Assembly: GCF_000315625.1 (NCBI RefSeq)
Contig: NW_005434629.1
Coordinates: 1 to 64,000 of the forward strand
Direction: 5' to 3'
From: Guillardia theta CCMP2712
Taxonomy: Eukaryota; Protista; Cryptophyta
Length of the DNA: 64,000 nt
The position numbers and the translations under genes were made by a program. The notes below the pieces were generated by a model that was not told where the DNA came from, made no database searches, and was given only the letters and a program-made list of their open reading frames with translations. This document shows, piece by piece, positions 51,975 to 64,000 of the stretch. Within the stretch, counting starts at the first letter, position 1. Each line of letters begins with the position of its first letter.

Positions 51975-52620
51975 ATTTCGGCCGGCGTAATCACGGCGCA
52001 GCTTACCTCACCGTGAGTCACCGGCACTGACTCAGTGAAGTCAGCAGCCGGGCCCCGGGCCCTCACACTGGACGCTGCGACCACCGTGCCACCGTGACAC
52101 AGTAAAAGTTCAGTCAACTTGCAACTTAGTGACAGCCGCTGAGCCCGCCGGGCCGGGCGGCCCGCCGGCCTGCTGGCCCGGACCGACCGGGGGCCGGCGC
52201 CGGGCGCCGGGGGTCGGAACTTCAAATCAAAAGTTTCAATGACATCATATTAAATGGCAAACGACTGGCGAAAGCTCAGTGGGGCCGAGCGAGGCCAGTT
52301 CAACGGTTGCCATGTCGGATTGCCGACTCTCGGCCCGTCAGTGTTGAAGGCTCTAAGTCAGGCCTCCGGTTGAAACTGAACGGGTGGCGCAGCCCGGGTC
52401 CGGCCGCGGGGTGGCATGCCGAACTTCCGACTCATGATGATTGCCTAGCCGCCTTGACAGCATCAAAAGTTTCGTCATGCTGCAACTACCGGGTAGGACA
52501 GCCTGATAGCGGGCCAGGCCGTGATCGCCGATGCCAGGACGGTCACAGCCAGGTGGCACCGTGCAACTTGAATCTCTGACGGCGGCCCCCGCCTCGTCGA
52601 GGGTGACTCAGACGTTTCAC
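51975..52620. promoter_or_regulatory. CGG/CCG-rich intergenic island 4
   Basis: CCGG core at 52140-52215; TGAGTCA/TGACTCA at ~52014, ~52028 and ~52604; AACTTCAA and AACTTGAA. Confidence 0.5.
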
Positions 52621-52759
52621 TTTCTCCAGTCGGAACGTTTGTCCATGCAAGGCCTGAAGTTCAGCGGGTCAGAAAGGAATTGTGTTAATCGCATGCCAGT
52701 CTCACCCAACAGGCTGGCAGGAAACTGCCTGCTGAAGCCACGTGAACGCATCTACAACA

Positions 52760-53900
52760 CTTGAATAGAACTTCAGTCCTCCAATAACCAACACAACACG
52801 GAGTCCTACCCTCCAGAGCCTGTCGGCTGCTGCTGATCCTTCTTGAGCTGCTGTCTTGTGACCTAGGAACTTGTCAAAGAAAGAGCAGAATCGAACAGGT
52901 ATCTACCGTTCCATTTTGATAGCTCATTTCATACACGTTGTTGCCGTCGATTAAACGTCCTGACATAGAATTGTGAACAAACAGAATGGGGGATAGCACA
53001 CGCGTGAGCTTTACCTTCTCCATGAGGACGATCTTCAGCCCACATTCCGTCGTAGATCTTCCCCGTGCTGTCAGGATAGACGAATCTGTGAGCATGACGC
53101 AGGCGATCATCGCAGACTCTTCACCTGTACGTGTATCTTCCTTTGCCGTGCATACGATCCGCCTGCCACTCGCCCTCATAGCATTCTCCCTGGAATAAGC
53201 CAAATTATCCAGAACTTCATGTTATCGTTTGACATGATCATCAGAACCTTGGCATATTTATACTTTCCAGATCCCTCACGACGGCCAAACCTGATGGCCA
53301 ATATCAAGGTATATATCATCTTCATGTGTTCATTGCACCTGAATTCTCCTTCATAAACGTCACCATCCGGGTAGGAATAACAGCCCTTTCCATGCCCTTC
53401 AATCCAGTGTCAGGATCTCATCACATGGTGCTCTCCATTAATCTCACGCTTGTCGTCTGAAAAATCTCCTACGTACTTTCCACCCCCGGCATAGATATAT
53501 GTTCCTGCAAATAATTGTGACAAGTTGTTCTGATATTTTCCATCACTCACCATGCCCATGCTTCCGTCCTCCCTTCCAATGCCCTTCATATCTTGCGACG
53601 TCCCGGTTAGGGTCCATCCCTCATTTATGAAACACAGAGTACCTCGAACCACTAGGATAATTGTGTACATGGAAGCCGTCAGGATACATGATCTGCCTAA
53701 ATCTTCAAAGTCAGCAGTTTAACAACGCGAATGACTTTCGCTAGTGCTGTGTCTCATGGAAACCGGATTCCGGCAAAGAGCGAAGGCAGAAAATAACAAG
53801 AACGACACAAACAAACCAAGTAAAACATGTGATGTTCCAGAAATGAGATATTGGCTACTATATTCTCTTGAAACGTTCCAAAGTTCTATGACTTCGTACA
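52760..53900 (-). CDS. MORN-repeat protein (boundaries approximate)
   Basis: Minus-strand exons GTYIYAGGGKYVGDFSDDKR, GCYSYPDGDVYEGEF, YEGEWQADRMHGKGRYTY and IYDGMWAEDRPHGEG follow the YxGxWxxxxxHGxG consensus. Confidence 0.8.
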
Positions 53901-54609
53901 TTGAAGCGGATTTGTTGCTCGATGAAAAAGTGAGGAAAGGAAAACAGCAACGCGCATGACAATCGGAATGGAAAACATCTTCCTAACAATGGAAAGACAT
54001 TCAAGTAAAGAAATGCGAAACGAGTTGGCAGTTTCAGAGCACAGCCAACTATACCATGGTTCAGCACATGGCCAGTCATCATTTGGATGGGGAAATCAAA
54101 ATGACCTCGTCCAAACAAAAACGAACACCAACGATCTTTCCCGTAATGATAGCATGCAGCAGGATTAAGGATCAAGACCGATATGAAGAACGAGGTCTAT
54201 CTTCATGCGAGGTTAAACCGCGTAATGAACGACTCGACTGGGAGGGGAGAGCAAGATCGGAGGTGAGGTTCGACGAAGAAAGATCAAAGGATCGGAGCAA
54301 ACAATTCGATAGCGTAACATTCAAAGGTGGAAACGGAGTGTGCTAGGGAGAGATTGAAGGTATTTGAAGAGGAGTAGAAGCAGGTTCTGCATAGCACGCA
54401 GCTGAATTGCGAAGAGTTAGCAACGCAGCATTGTGGCATCAAATGCGTCGTAGCTTCGGCTTACGATTTTTTCGGAAAGGAGTATCGATGTCTTGAAATC
54501 ATAAACAATCTTAAAACAATTTATCATAATTCGAAAATTTAACTATGATTTCATTATTATCCGAAAAAATCAGGCCAGTTCTTGAAAGTTTGTCAAACCA
54601 GCCAAAACG

Positions 54610-55410
54610 GAGTATGAGGGGTAGGGTGTTGTTGACAGAGGTGGAAAGCATCGACAGGGGTGGGTAGGAGGATATGGGAGGAAATACGGGGTAGCAAAAG
54701 GTGGAGAGCAGCAAGGTTGGGATAAAGGAGGGGTAGTCATCAAGAGTTTCTGGTCGCTGAAGGGGGTCATCACAAGGCCCGGCAGGGGTACTTGAAGAGG
54801 GGTTGATCTCTGACTACCGGTGGCGTTAGTACTGTTTGAAGAACAGGGTAGGGGTGGTAATTCAAAAGTTTGAGGTGGGTAGTCAAAATCCGAAACTCAT
54901 ACCTGGTATGGCTCCATGATCAGGGGTGGGTGGTATAAAGAAAACTCACTACGATAATATAATAATTGGGTACCGGTGGGGCGACATCGCTTTTGTTGTG
55001 GGGGTAGGGGTACTATTATAGGGATTGTAAAGCCAACCTCTGGTCATAGAGAGTTTTCGGAAATGAACATGACATTTCCCACTTTAACACAAAATATGAA
55101 ATCAAACGGTAAAATTTGGTAGACAACTTCGGAATGTGTAAACTTTGCATCACATATTTTGCCGCACAAATCACTACTTTGCTGATTTGACACCGGTGGT
55201 CATCGCAAGGGATGGGGTACTATTGCTCTCCGACCCATCAGCCCACCGGGGTACCTCCGATTGACCTTTAGAAGCATAGCAAATTGAACTAAGGGGAAGG
55301 GGTGTGCAGATGGAATGACGATCAGATGGGGTAGGGTGATGAAAGCACTCCCAGTCGTGGGGTAGGGTACTGAAGATATCTCTTCTACAAAATAAAGGGG
55401 GAGGGGTGCG
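54610..55410. promoter_or_regulatory. GGGTA motif cluster (reverse orientation of the TACCC clusters)
   Basis: About 15 GGGTA in 800 bp, with no TACCC on the same strand. Confidence 0.45.
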
Positions 55411-55993
55411 GTATTGCTGTCTTTGAGCACATCGAAATTGAAGTTGAATTGAATCGTTAATATTTCAAAAACAAGAACACTCAATTTGAACAAGCCTTGC
55501 TATGCACTCCTCCAGCCTCAAAAAATGCCTTTGTTGGGAGGAGGCAGGGGGGGAGGCGGCAGGAGAGTCGGAACTAGTTCACGAGCATAACATGAAGACG
55601 CCCTTGTGAACTTCTACCACGTTGGCACTTTCAGTCGTGGTTACTTTCGATGACGAGTCAACCCGATAATTGTTGCTGTAAATATCTCCTAGGGAAGGCT
55701 TGAAGGTTCTTGACCTTGTAGACGATCAGATGAAAGGGAAGAAGGAAACAGTGCTTGTATGAACCCCCCTAAAATGATGCGAGCTTACCTGTGTGAATTT
55801 GAGCCAATGCAGCTTGCCATCCATGAGGAACTGATGTTTGGTTGTGAAGGCGTCCAATCCCGAGCTTCCGTATGTTCGGCGGAGAACTCCTTTGTGGTTC
55901 TTGCATGTCAGCGAGGAGCTGACGGACGGACTCTGCTTCTCATCTATCAATCTCCTTTGCTCAAGGAGTGCTGGAAGTCAACCACACGGGAGG

Positions 55994-56574
55994 ATGCAGG
56001 CGGCGTCGGATATCGCCTTGCTCTCGTTCTTGCTGCTGATACAGGGGATTTGGGCTCAGTCGACACCTGCCCCCTCCAGCTACGGAGGTAGCAAGGACTC
56101 ACTCTCGCAGAACCAGCTGAAAGTATGGCAGGGAGATGGTGCTGCAATATCCAGATCCTCTACTACGGCGTCCCCGTCTTGATGTTGGTTGCAGTCTTAG
56201 CCATCATTGTCTGCATGAGACAGAGCAACGTATCAGCAAGATCGACCACCTCCGAAGCAGACAGAGCCCTAGCTCGTCGTCAGAGGATCAGAGAGCATGC
56301 ACTAGGCCAACTCTACGCCGAAGCCTTTCCGGGTTTGATAGGCCACCAAGTTGGGAGCACAGGGGAATGACGATGGTTGCAGGGTCTGCCTTGTCGCTGA
56401 TGAACTTCTCCATCATGGAACATCTCCCACCGATCCCCTTCGAGCTGAAGATCCGTGGGTAAGAGAGACAAGAGGATCCCTCTCCTTCCGACCTGCTCAC
56501 ATGTGATGCGGGTCAGGGTTGTCTTGTCGAGAGGGATGGAGAAGTTGAATGAAGGAGGACATGTTGCTTCTTGA
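55994..56574 (+). CDS. Small hypothetical type-I membrane protein (signal peptide plus one TM)
   Basis: MQAASDIALLSFLLLIQGIWA-QSTPAPSSYG|GRWCCNIQILYYGVPVLMLVAVLAIIVCMRQ...; three GT-AG introns keep frame to a TGA at 56572-56574. Confidence 0.55.
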
Positions 56575-56892
56575 GAGGCGCCTTGGTTATGTCTTCATGC
56601 TCTATTTATTAGCCGAGGAAAAAGGAGACCTGGATCAGGAGTACTTTCTCGTCGACGTTTCTGTAAATTGAATGGATTCTTAGATTCTTCCAGTAAACCA
56701 CTAACAGTCTGTGTTTGCCTTGCCAGCATTTGTAATTTTCAGCCTTGCGTGCAGCGATCGACAGCAAGCTTCAAAGAGAGATGAGGAAAGCATCAATTCT
56801 TGCATGAAAAGATTCGCAGATCAAACCAATGAGGCTCCTCATGCTCACAACTTTCCTGACTCAGCACAAATCGATATCACCACAGGATCGCT

Positions 56893-57384
56893 TCAGCACC
56901 TGCAGGACACCTTCGTTAGGGTCCGCATGCAGTGCATTTGATGTGTTGTGCCGACCTTCTGGAGTTTATCGAGGATAGCGAGCTCTTGTAGCTCGTGGGA
57001 CGACGTGCATAGTCTCCTCCCTGACACTAGCTTAGCTACTTATGCAAGCCAGTTCGTCAACCTTGGATGCGGCAGCCTCCGCTTGCCTTTTCAAAATTTC
57101 TTCTCGAAAGTTGATGGGTACATCGCGACTGCCGAGTCAATCAAAACCCCCACACAGTCAAGAACCTCACTCATGCCTCTCTTTCTTTTCGCGATCCTTG
57201 CTCTTGGACCTCGACCTGAAATTAGATTACACAGTACTCTCGAGTCGAGCTGGTGTACCTGCTTTTCTTCCGATCCCTCTCCTTCGATCGATCCCTTTCC
57301 TTCGACCTGTCGCGATCCCTTGACCTGTCGCGATCCCTTGACCTGTCTCGAGATCGATGCCGTTTGTGGTGCTTGCGACTGTCT

Positions 57385-57416
<32 letters not shown>

Positions 57417-59661
57417 ACCACGAGAGTGGGATCTGCTCCTTCCACGACGTCCATCCCTTGCAAAAAATTTAGAACAACAGAAATATCAACGATTCGTCCC
57501 TTACTTGCTGCGATCACTGATGCATGGAAATTTGAAGGAGAAATGGAAAAAAAAATCAGCGCATTTCGTCTCTATGATAAACAAGGCATACCGGCTCTTT
57601 TCCCCTTTCTCTCGACTTTCTGTGTTGCGAGCTATAATTTCAATATCCTCCACATTGGTAACCTAAAGAAAATCATCAGCTGTTGCACAGGACATGGCAG
57701 GCAGTACTTGCTGGTTCCCATACTCTGTGAAAACAAGGAGAAAACCTGCAAAATGCAAGTTCAATGATGGGAACAGCCCCCCCCCCTTGCCCATCAGATA
57801 TTTCATAGACATTGATTTCTTTTACGGTGAAGGTGAACCACAACACTGACCTCCGTCTTTCGTCTCCGAGAGGATCTCAGCTTCATATTCCTGCAAACAG
57901 ACAAGTCAAACGCCGAATGACATCCTCGGAGCAGACCTCCTCGTCTTCATAAAATAGAGCCTTTACTTTCATTCCAACCTGTATCATTCGTATTCGTCAG
58001 CTATTGGACATGCTTTATCGCATGTTGTTTAAACCTTAATTTTGCTCCTCTTCTCTTTTAGCGACTGTCCACCCACATCAAATGCGAACCACCATCATCG
58101 TATTTGTGAATACCTTTTCCCTGAATTCTAATTTCATTATGGTTTCTTGCATGTCCCTTTGGATCGCGACTGGGATTCGTGGAAGGATTGTATCAAAGTA
58201 ATGTATATCTTCGATCACTTCACGCGTGAACTAAACCAGTCCACAATCACGCTGAAAACACAACGACTAAGTGTTACCTGCCCGATAGTCTTCTTTTTTC
58301 CACCGGGGCTAGCATCGAATTCTATCAGACAAAACTTCAATTACCACATTCTACATAAGGTCATCCGGACCTGTGCTATCATTGATTTTGTTCTTGAAAA
58401 ATCCCCACATCTCTTTTGGATCAACCACGTACCTGGCTCGACAATTCAGAGAAAGAGAGGTCCACATAAATTTCAAGCGCGACCTGACATATAGAATTCC
58501 AACAACTGGGATCATGGGAGAATCAGGATGCTCCAGAAGATCAGCCAATTGCTTGTACGTCAACTTGATTCAAAGGTCATTGCTGTATGACAAGGTCCAA
58601 TGAAAAACGCTCACCCTCATCTGAAACAATCTGTAGAGCAAGCAGAAACAGGATGATGGAGAACGCGTGTTGGGTATGAATGGAGTCGCGTATGTTACCT
58701 TGAAACACAATCAGTGCTCAATGACTTTTGTTGCCAGTAATGCCTTACTTTGTTGTAAATTTCATCAACAAGTTCTTCAAATGTTGTGAATTCGGCCTGA
58801 TGGTAAGCAGTTGTCAGTCCATCATTCAATACAACCAAGACATGAAAAAAAAAAAACATTAAAAAGAAGCTCAGCAACAATTAAATATCAACTGTTTACA
58901 TTCACCGTTCGCATGCGATCAAGCCTCACATTCCTTTCACTACCGTCGTAACCTTGATCAACGCATAGGAATGTGCACGCAAGCACTCATACACTCAAAA
59001 AGAGAAAAAATAAAAGGAACAACAACAAATTAACTCCACATTACACAAAATCATACCAAAGCTTTGAAGTAGTCACTCGCTAAGATGTTTTCTCTCAGCA
59101 CTGGATTCAGATTGTAGGCGTCATTACAAACTTGTTTGATGCGTGGACTGATTTCGCCAGTGACAGGATCTTGAACCCCATCATCGCCAGGTACAACAGC
59201 TGGAGTGGTGATCGCAGCTGCGGCTGGTATCACAGCTGCTGCTGCCGCCGCCGCCGCTGCCGAAGCCTCAGCTTCTTTCTTAGCTTGCTCAGCAGATGCA
59301 GCCTTTCGGGCCTGAGAGAACACGTAAGTCATGAACAAAGGAGGTTGATCAGACATACCCTCTCTGCAGCTCGCCGCTCAAGCACAGAGCCAGCGAACTC
59401 CGGCCTGACTTTCCCGGATGAAGCAGCAGCGGTTTGTGCAGGGACCTGTTGACCGTAATGAGGCATCTGATGCGCTTGCTGAGAGAAACTCATAGGTGCA
59501 CCTTGTCCCTGAGGAACAGGGACAAAATGGCCAGTCCCTCCGTAGGGAACATGCGGTGCATACGGCTGCTGGTACCATCCCTGGTATGCCTGCTGCTGCT
59601 GCTGCTGCTGCTGCTGAAGTTGTGCAGGATCTGGAGTCCATGGGATGGCGTCGCGGGTCAT
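56893..59661 (-). CDS. PRPF38B: Pre-mRNA splicing factor PRP38 (PRPF38B-like) with Tudor-like domain and RS/RD tail; start may lie as far up as ~60118
   Basis: YNLNPVLRENILASDYFK, FEELVDEIY, PSSCFCLLYRLF and LTYKQLADLLEHPDSPMIPVVGILYVR form the PRP38 domain. The RSRDRS/RD repeats and DYARRPTSYKSSLS form the tail. Confidence 0.85.
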
Positions 59662-60685
59662 TCTACAGCTCAGTCAATTAATCCACTCCTAGAACGCAAC
59701 ACTCCTGATGTAGCAAGCTTCAGGGGAGAGCCTGCGCCTGTCAATCACCAGTCAACACGAGCGCCATGCACGGCAGGGATATTCAAGCCAAAACGTGAGA
59801 AGGGTTCATAAGATTCGTATGAAAAAGAGAAAGGGCACGGAGACACGCGACTCCCATGTCAACAATGATGTCACGATTCTGCATTCTCGCTCACTTGATT
59901 ATCGTCTTATCTCTACTGCCCTGACATTCCACCCACGAATAATAACGGAATCGCCTTCCCAGCATCTCATTCTTCCCTTGACCCATCAGACGCATAATCT
60001 CTTACGTTGTTTGACGTTCATCTACCTCTAAGAAGCAAGCATACCAGTCATACACCCTCGCAATCACCTCGCCGCCCCCTCATTATCTCACCCACTGCTG
60101 CTTCAGAATCGTCTGCATGGGAGCGGCGGCAGGGAGGATAAAAAAGAGAGAAAAAAATTTAAAAAATGAAATATAGAGTCCGGATTGGACTCTGCAAACC
60201 TGCCGTCATAGCAAAACTTTCCGACGAAGTCTTTTGACACACAAAAATTCAAAAAATATTCCTATATATTTCGAATATTCAATCAAATTTGTGAAACTAT
60301 ATAGCCTATTCGTTTAAGAAGCAGTCCTTTGCCAAAAGTATATGTTAAAACCACACATTATATATTTATGATCTAGGTACATTTTTGTAGAATATGAATC
60401 TTAACAAGTTTTTATTTATTATCAATATGGAGTAAAATAATTTTAGAATTTGTAAACGATGCAATGCAGGGGTACATCTTTTAAAATAGTGAATTGTAGC
60501 CTGCACGCCATTCCAAGCTCGCCTCGCCTGTGACTTGACTAATAAATCAGTCAGCAGTGTTCTCCACATTTAGCGACGGCATGGCGGGGGCAGGGGTCAG
60601 GAAGTGAGGGATGCAAGGAGAGCCATGGCGGGGACAGGAGAGCTGGTGCTGAGGGTCTGTTGAAGAATTCATAACCGTGCCAGCC

Positions 60686-61350
60686 ATGTCCTATGATGAC
60701 CACTTCCAAGCGGTGGTCACCAGAAGCTCTAATCCTCAGCGCCGCACTTCTACCCTATGTGAGGGAAGTGCGCAATGCCTGATACGTTTCTGACTTGTTT
60801 TCTACAAGGGATCTCGGCATTCTCGCTAGCAATTCTCATTGTTCTTGTAGTTCTCAATGACTCGAATCTTTCACATCGGGTTTCCCTTGAGACAAGACGC
60901 CAGGGTGCGCTAGGTTCGAGGCAGCACTCAACTGCTTTCTGGGGAATCCTGTTCCAGAATTCTGCAGTGGATGAATCAGTCAAGGTCACACATGTAGCCC
61001 GCAAACAAAGCTCGCTCGCAAAGCAAAGAAGTAAACCGACATTTCACCAAAAACAGAAAATTCTTGCCAGGAAGTTGAAATCTTGGCTGGACATGTCCAG
61101 GTCATATCGACGCAAGCAAGTCAACAAAACACCCAGCAAAGACGATCGAGCTCAAGAGGAGGACAGCCATTTTACTTCCAAGCTAGAAATGAGCGTGGCA
61201 GGGTGATAAACGTTACTTCTTCGTATCGCATCGTTGCTTATTCGATGATTCTAGATTTATGGCTCAACAAGCGGCTAGTAGGATGACAGGGCAGCCACCA
61301 CGCCCTGTATGCTTCAATGTCGGCTTGATTGTCATGCCGAATGACGTGTG
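60686..61350 (+). CDS. Hypothetical protein with N-terminal transmembrane anchor (3' end uncertain)
   Basis: MSYDDHFQAVVTRSSNPQRRTSTL|WISAFSLAILIVLVVLND followed by a basic hydrophilic region. Confidence 0.4.
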
Positions 61351-61774
61351 ATGCAGATAATGGGTATTGGCGCCAACGGCTTTGTGTTGTCTATCGACGC
61401 AGGGAGGGGAAGATATGGAGATGACATGCAAGCGGTACGCGCACCTTTCCCTTACTAGCGCTTGTTCAGAAGCTTGATCTTTCCAATGTTATCCTCTATC
61501 CTACATTTCTGTCTGATCTTGCTGATTCCCTACTGGATATTCTCACAGACTTCTGATTCTTCGGCATCTGGATTATGACCTGTCTTGCCAACTGCCAAAG
61601 CCATGACGCTGTTGCCATGATTTTTGTTTATTCTTTCATCGAGGGGTTAGTCCGATATGGTAGGCTGTTGTAGATTCAGCTGACTGAATGTTATGTTTCA
61701 ACTTGAATCAATCAGGCTTCAGGCTTCAAATTACTTGAAGTCACGTAAAGTATTTTAATTAAAGTCAAGGTCAA

Positions 61775-62130
61775 CCGGTAGCCTGAGTCAGACTCTGAAC
61801 TTGAAAGTTTTACACGCAGGCCCGGCTGGAGTCCCGGGAGTCCGGCCGCCCGGCGGCCCGGGCCGGGCCGACTCGGGCCGGGCGGCCGACGGCCCTCCGA
61901 GGCTCAGCCCGCGGCCGGGGGCCGGGGGCCGGCGGGCCGCCCGCGGCGGCCCCGGCGGCCGCGGCCGGATCATGCTCGGACCCGGGCACTGCGGCACCGG
62001 GCCAGCCGGGCTAGTCACTGAGTGGGACAGCCTGACGGTGACTCAGTCGGCCCGGCCCCGGCCCCGGGCCCCGGCCCGCGGCGGGGCCCGGCATCGGATG
62101 ACTCCACCGTCTCGGATCGAGTCACAACAA
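61775..62130. promoter_or_regulatory. CGG/CCG-rich intergenic island 5
   Basis: Nearly pure G/C core of CCGG/GGCC words; TGAGTCA (~61784), TGACTCA (~62039), AACTTGAAAGTT; AT-rich left flank. Confidence 0.5.
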
Positions 62131-62166
62131 GGACCACGTATGATGGTAGACCATCGAGTCAACACC

Positions 62167-63300
62167 ATGGCCGCCATGGCAGGAAGGTAGGGCATGTGCC
62201 ACGAGGGATAAAACGAGACGAGGAAGCAGAGGGGATGGACGTTGATGTGTTCTTCATGCTGCTGTGACGTTCATGTGAGATCCGTGCTAGCTGGTAGCTC
62301 TGACAAGACGATTTCAAGGTTCTTGGGTAGCACGGTCTTGGTTTCTATGCTGGGTATCGCGTCAACTTTCTCGCCTTCGTCCTTGAGCGGGTTGGCGCTG
62401 AGGGGAGGTAGACCTGATCTCTTGATCCGTGCTCGAGAGAGTAAAGACTGGGGTCTTAACTCTGTTTTCAGCATCCTCCACAAGCACAACGTACGCGTCA
62501 AGACTCTCGGTAGCTACGAGCACTTGGAAAGGAGCGGGTTGCGGTGACGGCTAACATGCGCTCTAGCAGGCGAGATTGCGGACAGGCAACATCTCGTTGA
62601 ATATGTGCAAGAAGGAACTCACAGATAAAGGTATGATGGCATGAAGGATCAGAAACCAGAAACGTGAAGCATTTTTTTTCGTACACGAAGAGAGGGAAGA
62701 GTACGAGAAGCTGTTGGAGGAAGCAAAGAGAATTCAAGGAACCTTTAATGCCATGATCGGAAACGCTTTTGCAGGACAGGTCTGTGCATAATCCTCCTCT
62801 CTCCTCTCTCCTCTCTCCTCCCTCCTCTCTCCTGCCTCCTGCCTCCTTTCTCCTTGTCCAGTCTTAACTCATCAGTTCTTCATGATTCTCCGAATGGCAG
62901 CCCGAGCCTGAGCCTGAGCCCGAGCAGCAGGAGCCAGTGCAGGTACTACGATAAGGATCTGCAGCCAACATCTCATACTGCATTCCCTCCAGCAAAAGAA
63001 AGGGTTCGATATCCCGATCGAGGAGCCAGCATACGAGGAAGAGTCTCTGTACAGCAAGACATTCTCAGACAGTTGGAGGAGCTAACGGACGGCACGCGGC
63101 AGGTACACCCCTGAGGTCAACACGGAGGAATCAGAGCCGGTGAGGGCAGCAAGTCTCTTCACACCTGCATGTGACCCCCCAGACAGGTGGACTTGTCCAC
63201 CATGACCGATGAGGAAAGAGTAAGAATCCTCGCTCCTCCCCCGCCCTCTTGTGTCTTTGCCGTTGCCTCATTCAGGCCCTTAGGCTGCGTACGAGATGTC
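62167..63300 (+). CDS. Hypothetical multi-exon protein with probable bipartite presequence
   Basis: MAAMAGS|SDKTISRFLGSTVLVSMLGIAST-FSPSSLSGLALRG(G); downstream exon structure not resolved. Confidence 0.35.
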
Positions 63301-63437
63301 GAGAGCTCAGACCTTGGGAGATGAGGCGTTTGAGGGCTCTGACGCTGCCATCCGGGTACGCCTCCTCCTCCTCCTCCTTGAGTCAGCAGTGGTGACAAGA
63401 ATTCGCAGATGGGCGATAAGGCAAGAGCGCTAGAGCT

Positions 63438-64000
63438 TCACAAGTGACAGAAGGTTGCGAGGATTTCACTCTCACTAACTAGATGCAACAGCGAAGCGTA
63501 CGCGATGTACGAGAAGAGCGGAATCTTGTGATCAAGTTGTTTGTCCTTGTCTTCGTCTCTAACAGCTTTCAAAGGCATCCCAACTCCATCTTCCGCCCAT
63601 CCTTCATGGACAGCTTGAAGGATCAACAAGCACGAATTGATAAGATGCCATAGAGATTTGTCCTTGATTCATTTTAGATTACAGAACTCAGGATGAAATA
63701 TCACAAGAACGGTTCATGTCGAAGGAGACACATGACTTTCGAACGCTGTCACTTTGAATCGAAGCCTCCGCATTTGCCGTCCCGCCTGCGCATAGTCGTA
63801 CTGTGAAACATTCCGCGTAGTTTGAATATCAAAAGTCCGTTGGAAACAATAATCAATGTACACATCAGATCCTTTCAGTGATTTCATGTAGGCTGGATTT
63901 GTCCGACTGCAGAATCCTCACAACCCCCGTTCGTCCTAATGTCCAGTGTCAGCAAGCTCAACTCTCAGTCATCGAATGGATTACCTGGGATCTCCTTGTC
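63438..64000 (-). CDS. 3' end of an unknown gene running out of the window
   Basis: Coding-like terminal exon ...AVHEGWAEDGVGMPLKAV...ILATFCHL*. Confidence 0.35.

Noticed and set aside
54610-55410. Interstitial telomeric repeat
   Set aside because: GGGTA words are dispersed with unique spacers; there is no tandem T(T)TAGGG array.
57296-57420. 18-bp and 6-bp tandem repeats
   Set aside because: They simply encode the RS/RD-rich tail of PRP38.
58945-58975. TPP riboswitch-like AACCTTGATC…TAGGAA
   Set aside because: Antisense to the host transcript, and the CTGAGA and P5 elements are missing.
61788-62190. Pro/Gly/Arg-rich ORFs in the CGG islands (also 3391-3756, 31490-31762, 51956-52225)
   Set aside because: Stop-poor GC-rich DNA without the genome's codon pattern or splice structure; treated as non-coding.

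Overview
Eukaryotic nuclear DNA: GC-rich, gene-dense, with many short (~45-60 nt) GT-AG introns and microsatellite-filled longer introns. Most likely a cryptophyte alga (Guillardia/Hanusia-like); this is inferred from an ejectisin-like gene, bipartite plastid-type presequences and intron style. Genes traced by hand-splicing, in order: 3' end of a PDZ protein; an unknown minus-strand gene; an axonemal inner-arm I1-beta dynein heavy chain (3933-20387); one giant minus-strand polyQ protein that splices through to a C-terminal OTU deubiquitinase (20442-~31277); a Zn(II)2Cys6 transcription factor; a PHTF/7TM-ion-channel-like membrane protein; a 56-aa ejectisin/Tri-like gene missed by the ORF track; a START protein; an ammonium transporter; a probably plastid-targeted 'integrase-repeat' protein; eIF4A-III (20 introns, one apparent frameshift); a MORN protein; PRP38 with a Tudor domain; and several hypotheticals. 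The most unexplained signal is non-coding. The larger intergenic regions are built from recurring, non-homologous motif clouds: CGG/CCG-rich islands carrying TGA(C/G)TCA and AACTT(C/G)AA words, strictly strand-biased TACCC/GGGTA clusters, and AT-rich spacers. No tRNA, rRNA, CRISPR array or transposase was recognised. Exon boundaries and motif counts were read by eye; no searches were run.
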